Counted from the first letter of the whole stretch, positions 20,184 through 30,056 are shown. The stretch is 62,933 nt of DNA, filler included, from an uncultured bacterium (GCA_965372715.1; 4 parts of 4 records of this genome joined end to end with filler, not necessarily neighbours in it), one strand, 5' to 3'. The notes: a model not told the origin generated them from the sequence alone. Numbers and translations are program-made.

Positions 20184-20602
20184 GCTAGAGGAGTTTCCCC
20201 AACGGGGAAACGGGAGAAAAGGGGAAAGGGAAAAAAGGAGAAGAGGGACTGCTGTGCCCCAGTGTAAAGGCTCCAAACCCCCCTCACGAACGCAGGGCGG
20301 CCTGTCGCGCGGGCCTTCTGCCAGATAGACGTATTCCACTTCCCAAGGGTCCTGAACGTGGCTATGCAGGAACTCACTCAAGGATTTGAACCTCGGGTTT
20401 GGGGAAACTCCTGCAGTAGCTAGGCCGGGCAATCAGATTGGCGGCGTTGACGTTGTGGGCTCATCTGTTTGAAAGGCGATTGATGTTGCCAATCGGCGGC
20501 AATGCTGCCGTCCATCCGTTCATGTCTGAGGCGAGCTCGGCACATGCGAGCCGACCAGTTTCGCTCGCCAGCAAAAGGATCTTTGGGAGTGCGGCACGCA
20601 CC

Positions 20603-20631
20603 TTGACAGGAATTGGGGTGGGTGATATTAG
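20603..20631 (+). promoter_or_regulatory. Sigma-70 promoter candidate for the duplicated membrane operon
   Basis: TTGACA-N17-TATTAG upstream of 20698. Confidence 0.55.
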
Positions 20632-20697
20632 AGGGGTTCGCGGTTAGGTTGGCGGCTACGGACGTTCTTTTCTCACGAATAGTCAGAGGGGAAGTAT

Positions 20698-21912
20698 TTG
20701 CGCACGCCTAGGTCGAGAAGGTCAGGTAGGTCACGGTCGGTTCCGGTCCAGGTTTTCTTACTTGCCGTTACGATAATGGCCGCGGGCGCGAGTTTTGGCG
20801 TGGGCACATCTTCGTCCGGCGTTCGCCCCGGGCCTCCGGTTAATCCTTCCGTGCGCGACAGGCCCAACGATGCGGGCTGTGCCATTGAGGTCACATGGGA
20901 GGCTTCTTTCGACGACTCCAGGGGCCGCGGAATCGTCAACTCATATTCGATTTTTCGCTCTTTGGAAGCGGTAAGTGGTTTTGCGAACGTAGCCACAATC
21001 AACTCAGGCCGTGAGCGATACCTATATGTTGACGAGAAGGTCGAGGACGACAAGCGGTATTTTTACAAGATAGTCGCGGAGACTGGAAGCGGCGCCTTCT
21101 CCGAGCCAAGCGTCATAGGCCCTGTCATCTCATCCGCCCAGTGGTTCCACACCGACCGCTACAACATGCTCTTCGCCTTGATCATTGTCTCGGCATCGGT
21201 ACTGATATTCATCTCTATGGCTCGCAAAGGGAAAGAGCTCTACATCAGGCCGATTGCTGGCCTCCAGGCGGTTGACGAGGCGGTGGGCCGCGCAACCGAG
21301 ATGGGGCGCCCCGTTCTCTACATTCCAGGCATTCTGGATATGGACGACGTCCAGACAATAGCCGGGGTTGCCATCCTGGGCCGGGTCGCAAGAAAAACAG
21401 CGGAATATGAGACGCCGCTGTCGGTCCCCGTTTCGCGCTCCGTCGTTATGTCCGCCGCGCAGGAGACTGTGAAGGAGGCGTATTGGGACATGGGCAAGCC
21501 GGACGCCTATCACCCGGAGATGGTTCGCTATCTCACTGACGATCAATTTGGCTACGCGGCCGGCGTCGATGGCATTATGCTCCGCGAGAAGCCCGCCACC
21601 GTCTTCTTTATGGGCGCGTTCTATGCGGAGTCTCTAATACTCGCCGAAACAGGCCACTCAATAGGAGCGATACAGATCGCGGGCACGGCCATGACCTCAC
21701 AGCTGCCGTTCTTCGTTACCGCGTGCGATTACACCCTCATCGGCGAGGAGCTCTTCGCGGCCGGGGCATACTTGACAGAAGACCCCCGCCTGCTCGGAAG
21801 CCTCAAGGGCCAGGACGTCGCCAAGGGGCTTGCGATTGCCTTCATAGTGATCGGGATCATCCTCGAGTCGTTCGGCTATCACTGGCTAACCGACTTCCTT
21901 AAAGTGAACTAA
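20698..21912 (+). CDS. Subunit A1: FN3 domain plus DUF6754-like membrane-anchored domain
   Basis: Signal-like N-terminus, FN3-like segment, TM, IRPIAGLQAVDEAVGRATEMG, AESLILAETG, QLPFFVTACDYTLIGEELFAA, C-terminal TM. Confidence 0.8.
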   Translation: MRTPRSRRSGRSRSVPVQVFLLAVTIMAAGASFGVGTSSSGVRPGPPVNPSVRDRPNDAGCAIEVTWEASFDDSRGRGIVNSYSIFRSLEAVSGFANVATINSGRERYLYVDEKVEDDKRYFYKIVAETGSGAFSEPSVIGPVISSAQWFHTDRYNMLFALIIVSASVLIFISMARKGKELYIRPIAGLQAVDEAVGRATEMGRPVLYIPGILDMDDVQTIAGVAILGRVARKTAEYETPLSVPVSRSVVMSAAQETVKEAYWDMGKPDAYHPEMVRYLTDDQFGYAAGVDGIMLREKPATVFFMGAFYAESLILAETGHSIGAIQIAGTAMTSQLPFFVTACDYTLIGEELFAAGAYLTEDPRLLGSLKGQDVAKGLAIAFIVIGIILESFGYHWLTDFLKVN

Positions 21913-21925
21913 TCAGGGCAGGTTC

Positions 21926-22567
21926 ATGAGGCGCGAATTTCCGCTGGTCATTACATTCGTTTGCGGCATCACGATGATCGTTCAGTTCTTCATCCCTCAC
22001 GAGCCTTTCGGCGGCATGAAGTCCTACTTCCAGCACTCTTACATGATCATTGCCGCGTTTGCGATGCTGCTGGGAATCGGCAACTTGACGAAAATCCACG
22101 TCAAGAAAATCCGCGACAAGAGACCACAGTGGGGATATAGCATCGTCCTTTTGGCTGGGTTGCTCGGCATGGCAATTCCGGGCCTCTTCATCGGCGGAAT
22201 CAAGGAAGACACCATCTTTGATTTCCTCTTCAAGAACGCGCACGTGCCGATGCAATCGACTATGTTCTCTCTTCTCGCCTTCTTCGTCGCCTCGGCCTCG
22301 TATCGCGCGTTTCGAGCGAGGACCGTGGATGCGGCGCTTCTTCTCATAGCCGGCTTCGTCGTCATGCTGGGCAGGGCGCCAATCGGCGATTATCTGACCT
22401 CGTTTATGCCGGACGGCTGGCAGATGTCCGATTACGCAAACTGGATAATGGCGATTCCGAATACGGCCGGCCAGCGTGCGATCATGATGGGCGCCGCGCT
22501 GGGCGTCGTTGCTACATCACTGCGTGTGATTCTCGGAATAGAAAGGAGTTACCTGGGCGGTGAGTAG
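21926..22567 (+). CDS. Subunit B1: conserved multi-TM membrane protein
   Basis: About 5-6 TMs, STMFSLLAFFVASASYRAFRART, LRVILGIERSYLG; paralog of 25320-26006. Confidence 0.85.
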   Translation: MRREFPLVITFVCGITMIVQFFIPHEPFGGMKSYFQHSYMIIAAFAMLLGIGNLTKIHVKKIRDKRPQWGYSIVLLAGLLGMAIPGLFIGGIKEDTIFDFLFKNAHVPMQSTMFSLLAFFVASASYRAFRARTVDAALLLIAGFVVMLGRAPIGDYLTSFMPDGWQMSDYANWIMAIPNTAGQRAIMMGAALGVVATSLRVILGIERSYLGGE

Positions 22568-23426
22568 CATGGCGCCCGCGATGAAACGCGGCATAGTCGA
22601 TAGGCTCAGGGACATTGATCGGCGCATCATATTCATCTTTATCGTCGCCGCGGTTGTCATCCCGCTCTTGAGGCCGATTGGCCTCCCTCTGAAATCCAGC
22701 CCGCCATCGAGGGCGCTTTACCAGCAGTTCGAGAGCCTCCCTCAAGGTGCGGTGGTGCTCATGGCTTTTGACTACGACCCCGCAACGGACGTCGAGCTCG
22801 GTCCGATGAGCCTCGCAATACTGAAGCACTGCTTCCGGAAGGGCCACAAGGTCGTGGGTCTCGCGCTTTGGCCGCAGGGCGCCGGCCTTGCCAGGGCGAC
22901 CTTTGCGGAAGCGGCAGAAGGATTCAACGTTAAATATGGTGTCGATTACGTCAACCTGGGCTTCAAGGCTGGGGGGCTTGTGGTCATCGATTCTCTGGGC
23001 AGGAGCTTCAGCGGGAGTTTCCCGAAGGACATTGACGGAAGACCGGTTGAGAACCTGCCGCTGATGAAGAACATCAACACCTACGCGGATATCGACTTCG
23101 TGATGAGCATGTCGGCCGGGGACCCCGGGCTTCCGTTCTGGATCATGATGGCCCAGGGCCGCTACGGCAAAAAGGTCGGCGGCGGCTGCACAGCCGTTTC
23201 GGCCCCGATGCTCTATCCATATTACCCGAACCAGTTGGTTGGCCTCTTAGGAGGCATGAAGGGCGCCGCGGAATACGAGCTCCTGGTCAGTGCCAAGGGC
23301 GCCGCAACGAAAGGTATGGACGCGCAATCGATCGCGCACGCCGCCATAGTGTTGTTCGTCATCATCGGGAACATCTTCTACTTCATCAGCAGGCGGCGTG
23401 AAGGCCGAGGAGGCTCTCGGATATGA
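22560..23426 (+). CDS. Subunit C1: membrane-anchored alpha/beta protein of unknown function
   Basis: DRRIIF N-terminal TM, FDYDP...EL, YGVDYVNLG, GLLGGMKGAAEYE, MDAQSIAH C-terminal TM; paralog of 26018-26884. Confidence 0.85.
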   Translation: MSSMAPAMKRGIVDRLRDIDRRIIFIFIVAAVVIPLLRPIGLPLKSSPPSRALYQQFESLPQGAVVLMAFDYDPATDVELGPMSLAILKHCFRKGHKVVGLALWPQGAGLARATFAEAAEGFNVKYGVDYVNLGFKAGGLVVIDSLGRSFSGSFPKDIDGRPVENLPLMKNINTYADIDFVMSMSAGDPGLPFWIMMAQGRYGKKVGGGCTAVSAPMLYPYYPNQLVGLLGGMKGAAEYELLVSAKGAATKGMDAQSIAHAAIVLFVIIGNIFYFISRRREGRGGSRI

Positions 23427-24043
23427 GCCTCGAGTTCAGCACGTGGCTGGCAGCGCTTCTGACGCTCTGCATCTTCAGTTTTCTTTACAAGGATAATCCC
23501 TTCTATAAGTTTGCCGAACACCTCTTCGTCGGTATCTCCGCTGGCTACTGGCTCTGCTATAACTACTGGAACATGGTCAAGCCAAACCTGATCGATAACC
23601 TCTGCGAACACGAATGGCGGTATCTTCTTCCGGCAGTCCTTTCCGCATTCATGCTCATGAGGCTGGTTCCCAAAATTGGATGGCTCTCCAGGTGGCCGAT
23701 TGCGTTCATGGTCGGCTCCGGCGCCGGCCTCATGATTATCACCTATTTGCAGACGAACTTCCTCCAGCAGATAAGAAATACATTGGTTTCGCTTGACCCA
23801 GCCGGGCAGCCCTGGTATGTTGTCTTTGATAGTCTCTTACTCTTCGCGGGTGTGGTATCTGGACTTGTTTATTTCTTCTTCTCAAAGGCTCATACGGGCG
23901 TTACGGGCGGCGTTGCTCGCGTCGGCGTCGTCTTTCTCATGGTATGCTTTGGCGCCTCGTTCGGATACACCGTCATGGCGCGTATCTCACTTCTGATCGG
24001 AAGGATGTACTTCTTGATGCACGAATGGCTTGGATTGGTATAA
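23423..24043 (+). CDS. Subunit D1: conserved multi-TM membrane protein
   Basis: FLYKDNPFYKFAEHLFVGISAGY, FGASFGYTVMARISLLIGR; ATGA overlap with C1; paralog of 26886-27542. Confidence 0.85.
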   Translation: MSLEFSTWLAALLTLCIFSFLYKDNPFYKFAEHLFVGISAGYWLCYNYWNMVKPNLIDNLCEHEWRYLLPAVLSAFMLMRLVPKIGWLSRWPIAFMVGSGAGLMIITYLQTNFLQQIRNTLVSLDPAGQPWYVVFDSLLLFAGVVSGLVYFFFSKAHTGVTGGVARVGVVFLMVCFGASFGYTVMARISLLIGRMYFLMHEWLGLV

Positions 24044-25274
24044 CGTGCCAAGATTGAGGAGTAATCTGCGTCTTCTCTCGCCTGGCTTATCCCCGGCATT
24101 CGTATTCTCTTTCTTGATCGTATTGTTCGCCCTTTGTGGCACAGCATATTCTCAGGTGGAAGCCTTCGACGCCCCTCCCGCCCCAGCCACGAATGTAGTG
24201 CTGAAGGACGCACCCGACGACGAAGGTGGCGCGATAACGATTTACTGGACGCTTTCGGCGGATGATGCAGGCGGAGCAATGGACGTCGTTGGTTATGAGA
24301 TCCGTCGCTCGGAGGTTCCCCATGGCCCGTTCGAGACCGTCAAGTCGGTTCCGAGGGGTTCTTCTGAAGCCGCGGACGAGACCGACCTCGAAAACGACGT
24401 CAACTACTTCTATCAGGTTGTGGTCAAGGACGTCTCAAGTGAAACGCCCTCCGCAGTGGCAGGTCCGATTCAGGCGAAGGTTCAGTGGTTCAATCTTGGC
24501 CGCCTCAACACTCTTATCGTAACTTCCATCTATATCGGTCTTCTCCTGTATTTCATCTTGCACGCCAAGAAGGGCACGAATCTATTCATCCGTAGGATCG
24601 CCGGCCTTGATGCGCTTGACGAGGCGGTTGGCCGGGCAACTGAAATGGGCAAGCCGATTCTATACGTTCCTGGTATCAGCACTATCAGCGACGTTGCCAC
24701 AATAGCGTCGATTAACATCCTGTCGGGCGTCGCCAGGACCGTCGCGGAATACGATACGAGGATAATCGTGCCGAACTACGACCCGATCGTGATGACGGTG
24801 GCTCAGGAGGTTGTCAGGGAGGGGTTCCTGGCGGCAGGGAAGCCCGACGCCTATAACGAGCAGGACGTGTTCTACGTGACCACGAACCAGTTCGCGTTCG
24901 TCGCCGCCGTTGATGGGATCATGGTCCGCGAGAGGCCAGCCACGAACCTATTCATTGGCATGTTCTTCGCAGAATCGCTGATTTTGGCGGAGACCGGCGC
25001 ATCGACCGGCGCAATCCAGATAGCCGGCACCGACGCGGTCGCCCAGCTGCCGTTCTTCATAGCGGCCTGCGATTATACTCTCATCGGCGAGGAGCTCTAC
25101 GCGGCGAGCGCTTACCTGAGCCGTGCTCCGTTGCTTATGGGCAGCCTCAAGGGACAGGACTGGATGAAGATATTTCTTATTGGCTGCATCCTGATTGGTA
25201 TTGTTACGCTCTTGTTTGACTATGAAGGCTTCAAGAATCTGTTTGAGACACCATTGATGATTTTTAGGCAGTAA
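24030..25274 (+). CDS. Subunit A2: FN3 domain plus DUF6754-like membrane-anchored domain
   Basis: Same motifs as A1 (IRRIAGLDALDEAVGRATEMG, ACDYTLIGEELYAA); start may be GTG 24045. Confidence 0.8.
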   Translation: MDWYNVPRLRSNLRLLSPGLSPAFVFSFLIVLFALCGTAYSQVEAFDAPPAPATNVVLKDAPDDEGGAITIYWTLSADDAGGAMDVVGYEIRRSEVPHGPFETVKSVPRGSSEAADETDLENDVNYFYQVVVKDVSSETPSAVAGPIQAKVQWFNLGRLNTLIVTSIYIGLLLYFILHAKKGTNLFIRRIAGLDALDEAVGRATEMGKPILYVPGISTISDVATIASINILSGVARTVAEYDTRIIVPNYDPIVMTVAQEVVREGFLAAGKPDAYNEQDVFYVTTNQFAFVAAVDGIMVRERPATNLFIGMFFAESLILAETGASTGAIQIAGTDAVAQLPFFIAACDYTLIGEELYAASAYLSRAPLLMGSLKGQDWMKIFLIGCILIGIVTLLFDYEGFKNLFETPLMIFRQ

Positions 25275-25319
25275 CGTTGTTTGGCGGGCTTGTGGGTTGT
25301 ATAGGACTTCAGATTTGAC

Positions 25320-26006
25320 ATGATGAGAAGACAGCTTCCTCTCATAATCTGCTTCGTTGCTGGCATGGTGATGTTGGCGCAGAACTTCATCCCTCCGCTA
25401 ACGTGGATATATCAGCAAGCGATCGCCTGGGCAAGGATCATAGCGAGTATTGCGCTCTTCATAGGTTTGATCAGCCTGGTCCGTGTGCACACAACCAAAT
25501 TGAAGCGAAAGGCCCCTGGCTGTCAGTATAGCTATGTAACCCTCTTCGCTCTGTGTTACATGATGCTCGCCGGACTCCTGACTCGCTATCACTTCTTTGT
25601 TTGGCTGCATGACAAGAGCGACGCTGGCTCGACAGGCGATTACATTGTCTCGGTATTCGAGAACGCATTCAACTTCCAGGAGTTATTCCTGAATATTCAG
25701 ATCCCTATTCAGGCTACGATGTTCTCCCTATTGGCGTTCTTTATCGCCTCGGCGGCGTTCCGCGCTTTTAAGGCGAGAACGTTTGAGGCGACGCTGCTCC
25801 TGATCGCGGCGACGGTCGTCATGCTCGGTCGTGTGCCGCTCGGCCAGATGATTCCGTGGATACCGGAGATCACAACTTGGATTCTTGAGGTGCCGAACAC
25901 AGCCGCAAAACGCGGAATAATGATTGGTGTCGGCCTGGGCATGAGCTCAACAGCATTGAAGATCATGCTCGGGATCGAGCGGACATATCTGGGCATGAAA
26001 GACTAG
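25320..26006 (+). CDS. Subunit B2: conserved multi-TM membrane protein
   Basis: ATMFSLLAFFIASAAFRAFKART, MLGIERTYLG. Confidence 0.85.
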   Translation: MMRRQLPLIICFVAGMVMLAQNFIPPLTWIYQQAIAWARIIASIALFIGLISLVRVHTTKLKRKAPGCQYSYVTLFALCYMMLAGLLTRYHFFVWLHDKSDAGSTGDYIVSVFENAFNFQELFLNIQIPIQATMFSLLAFFIASAAFRAFKARTFEATLLLIAATVVMLGRVPLGQMIPWIPEITTWILEVPNTAAKRGIMIGVGLGMSSTALKIMLGIERTYLGMKD

Positions 26007-26017
26007 GTGAGACAGCG

Positions 26018-26884
26018 ATGAGTTTTCTGCGGTTCTTACTCAGGATGGACAGGCGGATCGTTTTCGTCCTCGTTGCGCTTGCTGTTGTAACGCCGTTGAT
26101 ATTTCCGCTCAATCTGCCGATTGAGGTTACCCAGCCAGTACGGCAACTGCATTCAGCGATTGACCGGCTTCCGGCCAGGAGCCGCCCTGTTCTCGTCTCC
26201 GTGGATTATGATCCATCGACCGTGCCGGAGCTTATGCCGATGACGCTCGCGGTTCTCAGACACTGCTTCAGCAAAGAGATACCAGTCATCGTAACAACTA
26301 TGCTCCCCGCCGGCGCAGGACTTGCAAGAGACGCCATGGAGACCGTTGCGAGAGAATATCCCAATCTGTCCTATGGGACGGATTACGCATATATGGGCTA
26401 CAAGCCCGGCTATTCGCTGGTCATGCTCGGAATCGGTGAGGACTTTCATCAGACCTATCCCTCGGATGGATTTGGAACTCCGAGCTCGGAGCTGCCAATC
26501 CTCAAGAACGTGAAGAACTACGATGATATAGCTATGGTGGTTGATTTCACGGCCTCAGCAGCTTATGAGGTCTGGATCATGTTTGCGCATCAGAAATATG
26601 GATGCATGGTCGGCGCAGGAGTTACCGCTGTCATGGCAAGTGATGCGTATCCGTACCTGAACGCGGGGCAGCTTGAGGGATTGCTCGGCGGCCTCAGCGG
26701 GGCCGCCGAATACGAGAAGCTCATCGACAAGCCGGGAGATGCCACCGTCGGAATGGATGCCCAGTCCATTGCGCACATCCTCATCATCATTCTGATTATC
26801 CTCGGCAACATCGCCTACTTCGCTACGAGGCGCGAGGGCAATACGACTCAAACTGCCGCTCGGCAACAGGGAGCCAGCAAATAA
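26018..26884 (+). CDS. Subunit C2: membrane-anchored alpha/beta protein of unknown function
   Basis: DRRIVF, VDYDP...EL, YGTDYAYMG, GLLGGLSGAAEYE, MDAQSIAH. Confidence 0.85.
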   Translation: MSFLRFLLRMDRRIVFVLVALAVVTPLIFPLNLPIEVTQPVRQLHSAIDRLPARSRPVLVSVDYDPSTVPELMPMTLAVLRHCFSKEIPVIVTTMLPAGAGLARDAMETVAREYPNLSYGTDYAYMGYKPGYSLVMLGIGEDFHQTYPSDGFGTPSSELPILKNVKNYDDIAMVVDFTASAAYEVWIMFAHQKYGCMVGAGVTAVMASDAYPYLNAGQLEGLLGGLSGAAEYEKLIDKPGDATVGMDAQSIAHILIIILIILGNIAYFATRREGNTTQTAARQQGASK

Positions 26885-26885
26885 C

Positions 26886-27542
26886 ATGACTGGAATTGAG
26901 CTCTTCTGGGCCTGGGTTGCCGCATTTCTCACGCTGAGTATCTACTCATTCCTATACAGGGACAATCCCTTCTATAAGTTCGCCGAGCATCTCGTCGTCG
27001 GCGTCTCTGTCGGTTACATCTTCACGATCAACTGGTTCCAGGGACTGCACCCCTATCTGTTCGACCCGCTGGCAGATTCCGGGGACAACCCAATCAACCT
27101 GCTCCGACTCATACCCGCTTTCCTGGGCCTGCTATTCCTGCTCAGAATCAGCCGCAAATACAACTGGCTGAGCCGATTCACGATCGCCCTTCTAATGGGG
27201 ATAAACTGCGGTGTGGCGATTCCCTACACGATTGAGACCAGGATCATCCAGCAGACCAAGGCCTCAATGATAAACCTCATTGACCAGCCGAGCTTCTGGG
27301 CGGGCTTCTGCAGCGTTCTGATTCTCATTGGCACAGTCTGCACCCTGATCTTCTTCTTCTTCTCGAAGGAGCACAAAGGCGTCCTGGGTGGCACGGCAAG
27401 GGTCGGCATTGTCTTCCTCATGGTCGGCTTCGGCGCCTCATTCGGCTACACCGTCATGGCCCGTATATCGCTTCTGATCGGCCGCCTCAACTTCCTCATC
27501 AACGACTGGGTTCTTGGCACCTGGGACTTCATCTGCGGATAG
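26886..27542 (+). CDS. Subunit D2: conserved multi-TM membrane protein
   Basis: FLYRDNPFYKFAEHLVVGVSVGY, FGASFGYTVMARISLLIGR. Confidence 0.85.
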   Translation: MTGIELFWAWVAAFLTLSIYSFLYRDNPFYKFAEHLVVGVSVGYIFTINWFQGLHPYLFDPLADSGDNPINLLRLIPAFLGLLFLLRISRKYNWLSRFTIALLMGINCGVAIPYTIETRIIQQTKASMINLIDQPSFWAGFCSVLILIGTVCTLIFFFFSKEHKGVLGGTARVGIVFLMVGFGASFGYTVMARISLLIGRLNFLINDWVLGTWDFICG

Positions 27543-27614
27543 AAGCGATCTATCGCCCCACCCGCTGGTTTACGTGCCATTGTTCCCTCGCGCGAATGGA
27601 CGCGCTTCGGTGTC

Positions 27615-27730
27615 GTAGCAGGCCCCCGCGCCTGCCCTATCTTATTGATCGTAAAGGGCAACCGCGGGGGGATTGCCCCTACACTGAGCGGGCGGCCACT
27701 TATGTCCCAGCCTCCAAGCACCGCCCCTAC
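27615..27730. repeat. Cluster of degenerate GTAG-family REPs
   Basis: GTAGCAGGCCCC... paired with ...GATTGCCCCTAC, plus a further CAAGCACCGCCCCTAC. Confidence 0.65.
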
Positions 27731-27790
27731 ACCATGTTTTCGTCGGTGTGCTAATCTCTCTGTGTTCTTAGCACGTAAGGGAAGGAGAGA

Positions 27791-29695
27791 ATGCAGGACA
27801 GTTTCGCCAGACGAAAGGCCGCATACATAGACCTCTCAAACGGGAAGGTGGAGCAGCGGCAGATTCCCGAAGATGCGAGGCGGACGCTGCTCGGCGGGCG
27901 AGGCGTCAATATGCTTGCGCTGCTCAAATACGCGCCGCCTCATCTCGAGCCGCTCTCGCCTGAGTCGCCGCTTATTGTGGGTAACGGCCTTCTATCCGGC
28001 ATCCCGGGCATCTGCCTTGCGAGAACGTCTATCTCCGGCGTCTCACCCGAATCGGGACTGCTGGGCGATTCCAACGTTGGCGGCCACTTCTGCGCCTCGA
28101 TGCGCCGGACCAGTTTTGATCTGCTGGTGATTACCGGCGAATTCGAGGGCCCCAGCATCATCGTCATTGACGGCGACGCGGTCTCCTTTGAGGACGGCGC
28201 CTGGCTGTGGGGCAGGGATGCGTTCGAGGCGCAGGACGCGCTGAAGTTGCGGTTTGGGAAGGATGCTGAGGCGCTGGTCATTGGCCCGGCCGGGGAGAAC
28301 CTGATTCGCTTCTCTCAGGTGCGAGCAGGTGGGCGGCACGCGGCGTCGAGGACAGGCCTCGGCTGCGTCATGGGCGCGAAACGCATCAAGGCTATCGTTG
28401 CCAGAGGAAGGAAACGGGACATGATGGCAGACCTCTTCGACCGTGACGCGTTTGCACGGCTTACGAAGCGCCTGCGCAAGGTAGTGTCGAGCGTTGACGT
28501 TGTGAGGCATCTCGCCAAACGCGGCACGCCATTCTTGTACGACGTGCACAGCCGCATGGGACTGATAAGAACCAAGAACGCCACGTCCGAGCCGCTCGAG
28601 AAAGGCAATGCGCTTCGCAGCTCGAGGCTCGTCGAGAGATACTACGTTGGCCGGTCGGGCTGCTTCTCGTGTCCCGTCCGATGTCAGCACAGCTACAGGA
28701 TACCCGACGGCAAATACGCCGGCATCGAGGGGCACGGCATCGAATACGGCACGCTCGGCACAATCGGCCCTGTCCTCGGAATCGCCGACCTTGACGCAGT
28801 CCTCGCAATCAATCACAGGCTCAACCGCCTCGGCATCGACTCCTGCACGACCGGCAACCTCATCGCCGCAGCAATCGAGCTCTTTCAACGCGGTGTCATA
28901 ACCGAGAAGGACACGGGCGGACTGCGCCTCAGCTGGGGCGACGCCGACATGGTCATGCAACTTGCCGACCTTATCGCCAGAAAAGAGGGCTTCGGGGCGC
29001 TTCTCGCGGAAGGCGCCAGCGCATTGTGCGAGCGATTCGGCGAGGTGGCAAGGGACGCTATGATCTGGTCGAAGAAACTGCCGCAGTCGGACCCGGTGGA
29101 TGTTCGCGGCCACAAGGGCTTTGCGCTCGGCGTCGCGACGGCCACACGAGGCGCGGACCATCTGCGGTCGCGGCCCACGCTTGAGGCGCTGAACCTGAAT
29201 AGCAAACGGCTGAAAGAGATGTTTGGCGTGGAAGTCTCGCCGGACCCCGCGTCTTACGTTGGGAAGGCTGAGATGGTTCGCCACTCCGAGTCCCTCTTCG
29301 CCGTGTCGGACGCGGTCGGAATATGCAGGTTTGTCGTCAAGTTCAACAGCCCTGACCTTCTGGGCTTTGAGGAATTGGCCGAATACATCAGCGCCGCCAC
29401 GGGGCTAGACCTCAGCCCGGCGGACCTCGAGACAATCGGCCAGCGGATCAACACAATTGAGCGATTTTGGCTCGCCAAACGCACGAATGGCGAGAAGCTC
29501 GACGGCCTCCCGAAGCGCTACTCGGAGCCGATGCCCGCCGGCCGCTTTAAGGGCCAACGCATCGAACAGCGCGAGTTTCGAGCAGCCCTGTCCCGCTTCC
29601 ACGAGATATCGGGCCTCGACCCGGCGACCGGCGCCCCGCTCGAAAGCACGCTTCGCGAGCTAGGCATAGACGATTCGCTGCTTGAGCTGGTGTGA
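27791..29695 (+). CDS. Aldehyde:ferredoxin oxidoreductase family (W/Mo-pterin, 4Fe-4S)
   Basis: LGGRG, SPESG, IGPAGEN, GLGCVMGAKRIKAI, GCFSCPVRC, EYGT, RGADHL, GICRF motifs. Confidence 0.93.
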   Translation: MQDSFARRKAAYIDLSNGKVEQRQIPEDARRTLLGGRGVNMLALLKYAPPHLEPLSPESPLIVGNGLLSGIPGICLARTSISGVSPESGLLGDSNVGGHFCASMRRTSFDLLVITGEFEGPSIIVIDGDAVSFEDGAWLWGRDAFEAQDALKLRFGKDAEALVIGPAGENLIRFSQVRAGGRHAASRTGLGCVMGAKRIKAIVARGRKRDMMADLFDRDAFARLTKRLRKVVSSVDVVRHLAKRGTPFLYDVHSRMGLIRTKNATSEPLEKGNALRSSRLVERYYVGRSGCFSCPVRCQHSYRIPDGKYAGIEGHGIEYGTLGTIGPVLGIADLDAVLAINHRLNRLGIDSCTTGNLIAAAIELFQRGVITEKDTGGLRLSWGDADMVMQLADLIARKEGFGALLAEGASALCERFGEVARDAMIWSKKLPQSDPVDVRGHKGFALGVATATRGADHLRSRPTLEALNLNSKRLKEMFGVEVSPDPASYVGKAEMVRHSESLFAVSDAVGICRFVVKFNSPDLLGFEELAEYISAATGLDLSPADLETIGQRINTIERFWLAKRTNGEKLDGLPKRYSEPMPAGRFKGQRIEQREFRAALSRFHEISGLDPATGAPLESTLRELGIDDSLLELV

Positions 29696-29741
29696 GCAAT
29701 TGGCTCTTATGGCTGGGTTATAAGCCCGCGGATGGTCTTGT

Positions 29742-29809
29742 GTAGGGGTGTTCGCCGCGCGGCGAACCGCACCCGTCTGCGTTTAGGGCGGAGCAAGCAG
29801 CGTCACTAC
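29742..29809. repeat. GTAG-family REP doublet containing the TTCGCCGCGCGGCGAA palindrome
   Basis: GTAGGGG...CTAC ends; the palindrome recurs at 17678, 33774 (variant) and 61005. Confidence 0.6.
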
Positions 29810-29968
29810 AGGCGGTTTCGGGCGTCAAGGACGACAATCGCTACGTTGCCTGTAGAAGGAGGCAACACGAACCCGGCGCACAGGTGTCATTCTGTTGATT
29901 ATCAAGCGTCAGTCGGGTTTGACTTTGGTATCTTTCAGTGATTTGGCTTGTTGTCCTAACGTAATTCG

Positions 29969-29996
29969 TTGACAGGCTACTCTCGTTGAATATAAT
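29969..29996 (+). promoter_or_regulatory. Consensus sigma-70 promoter
   Basis: TTGACA-N16-TATAAT, 60 bp upstream of the aminotransferase ATG, which has a GGAGG RBS. Confidence 0.8.
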
Positions 29997-30056
29997 CTGC
30001 CCGTAAAATGAAGGCAGCTACCCTCAACAACAAGACGGTTTGAAGGAGGCAAGAAA

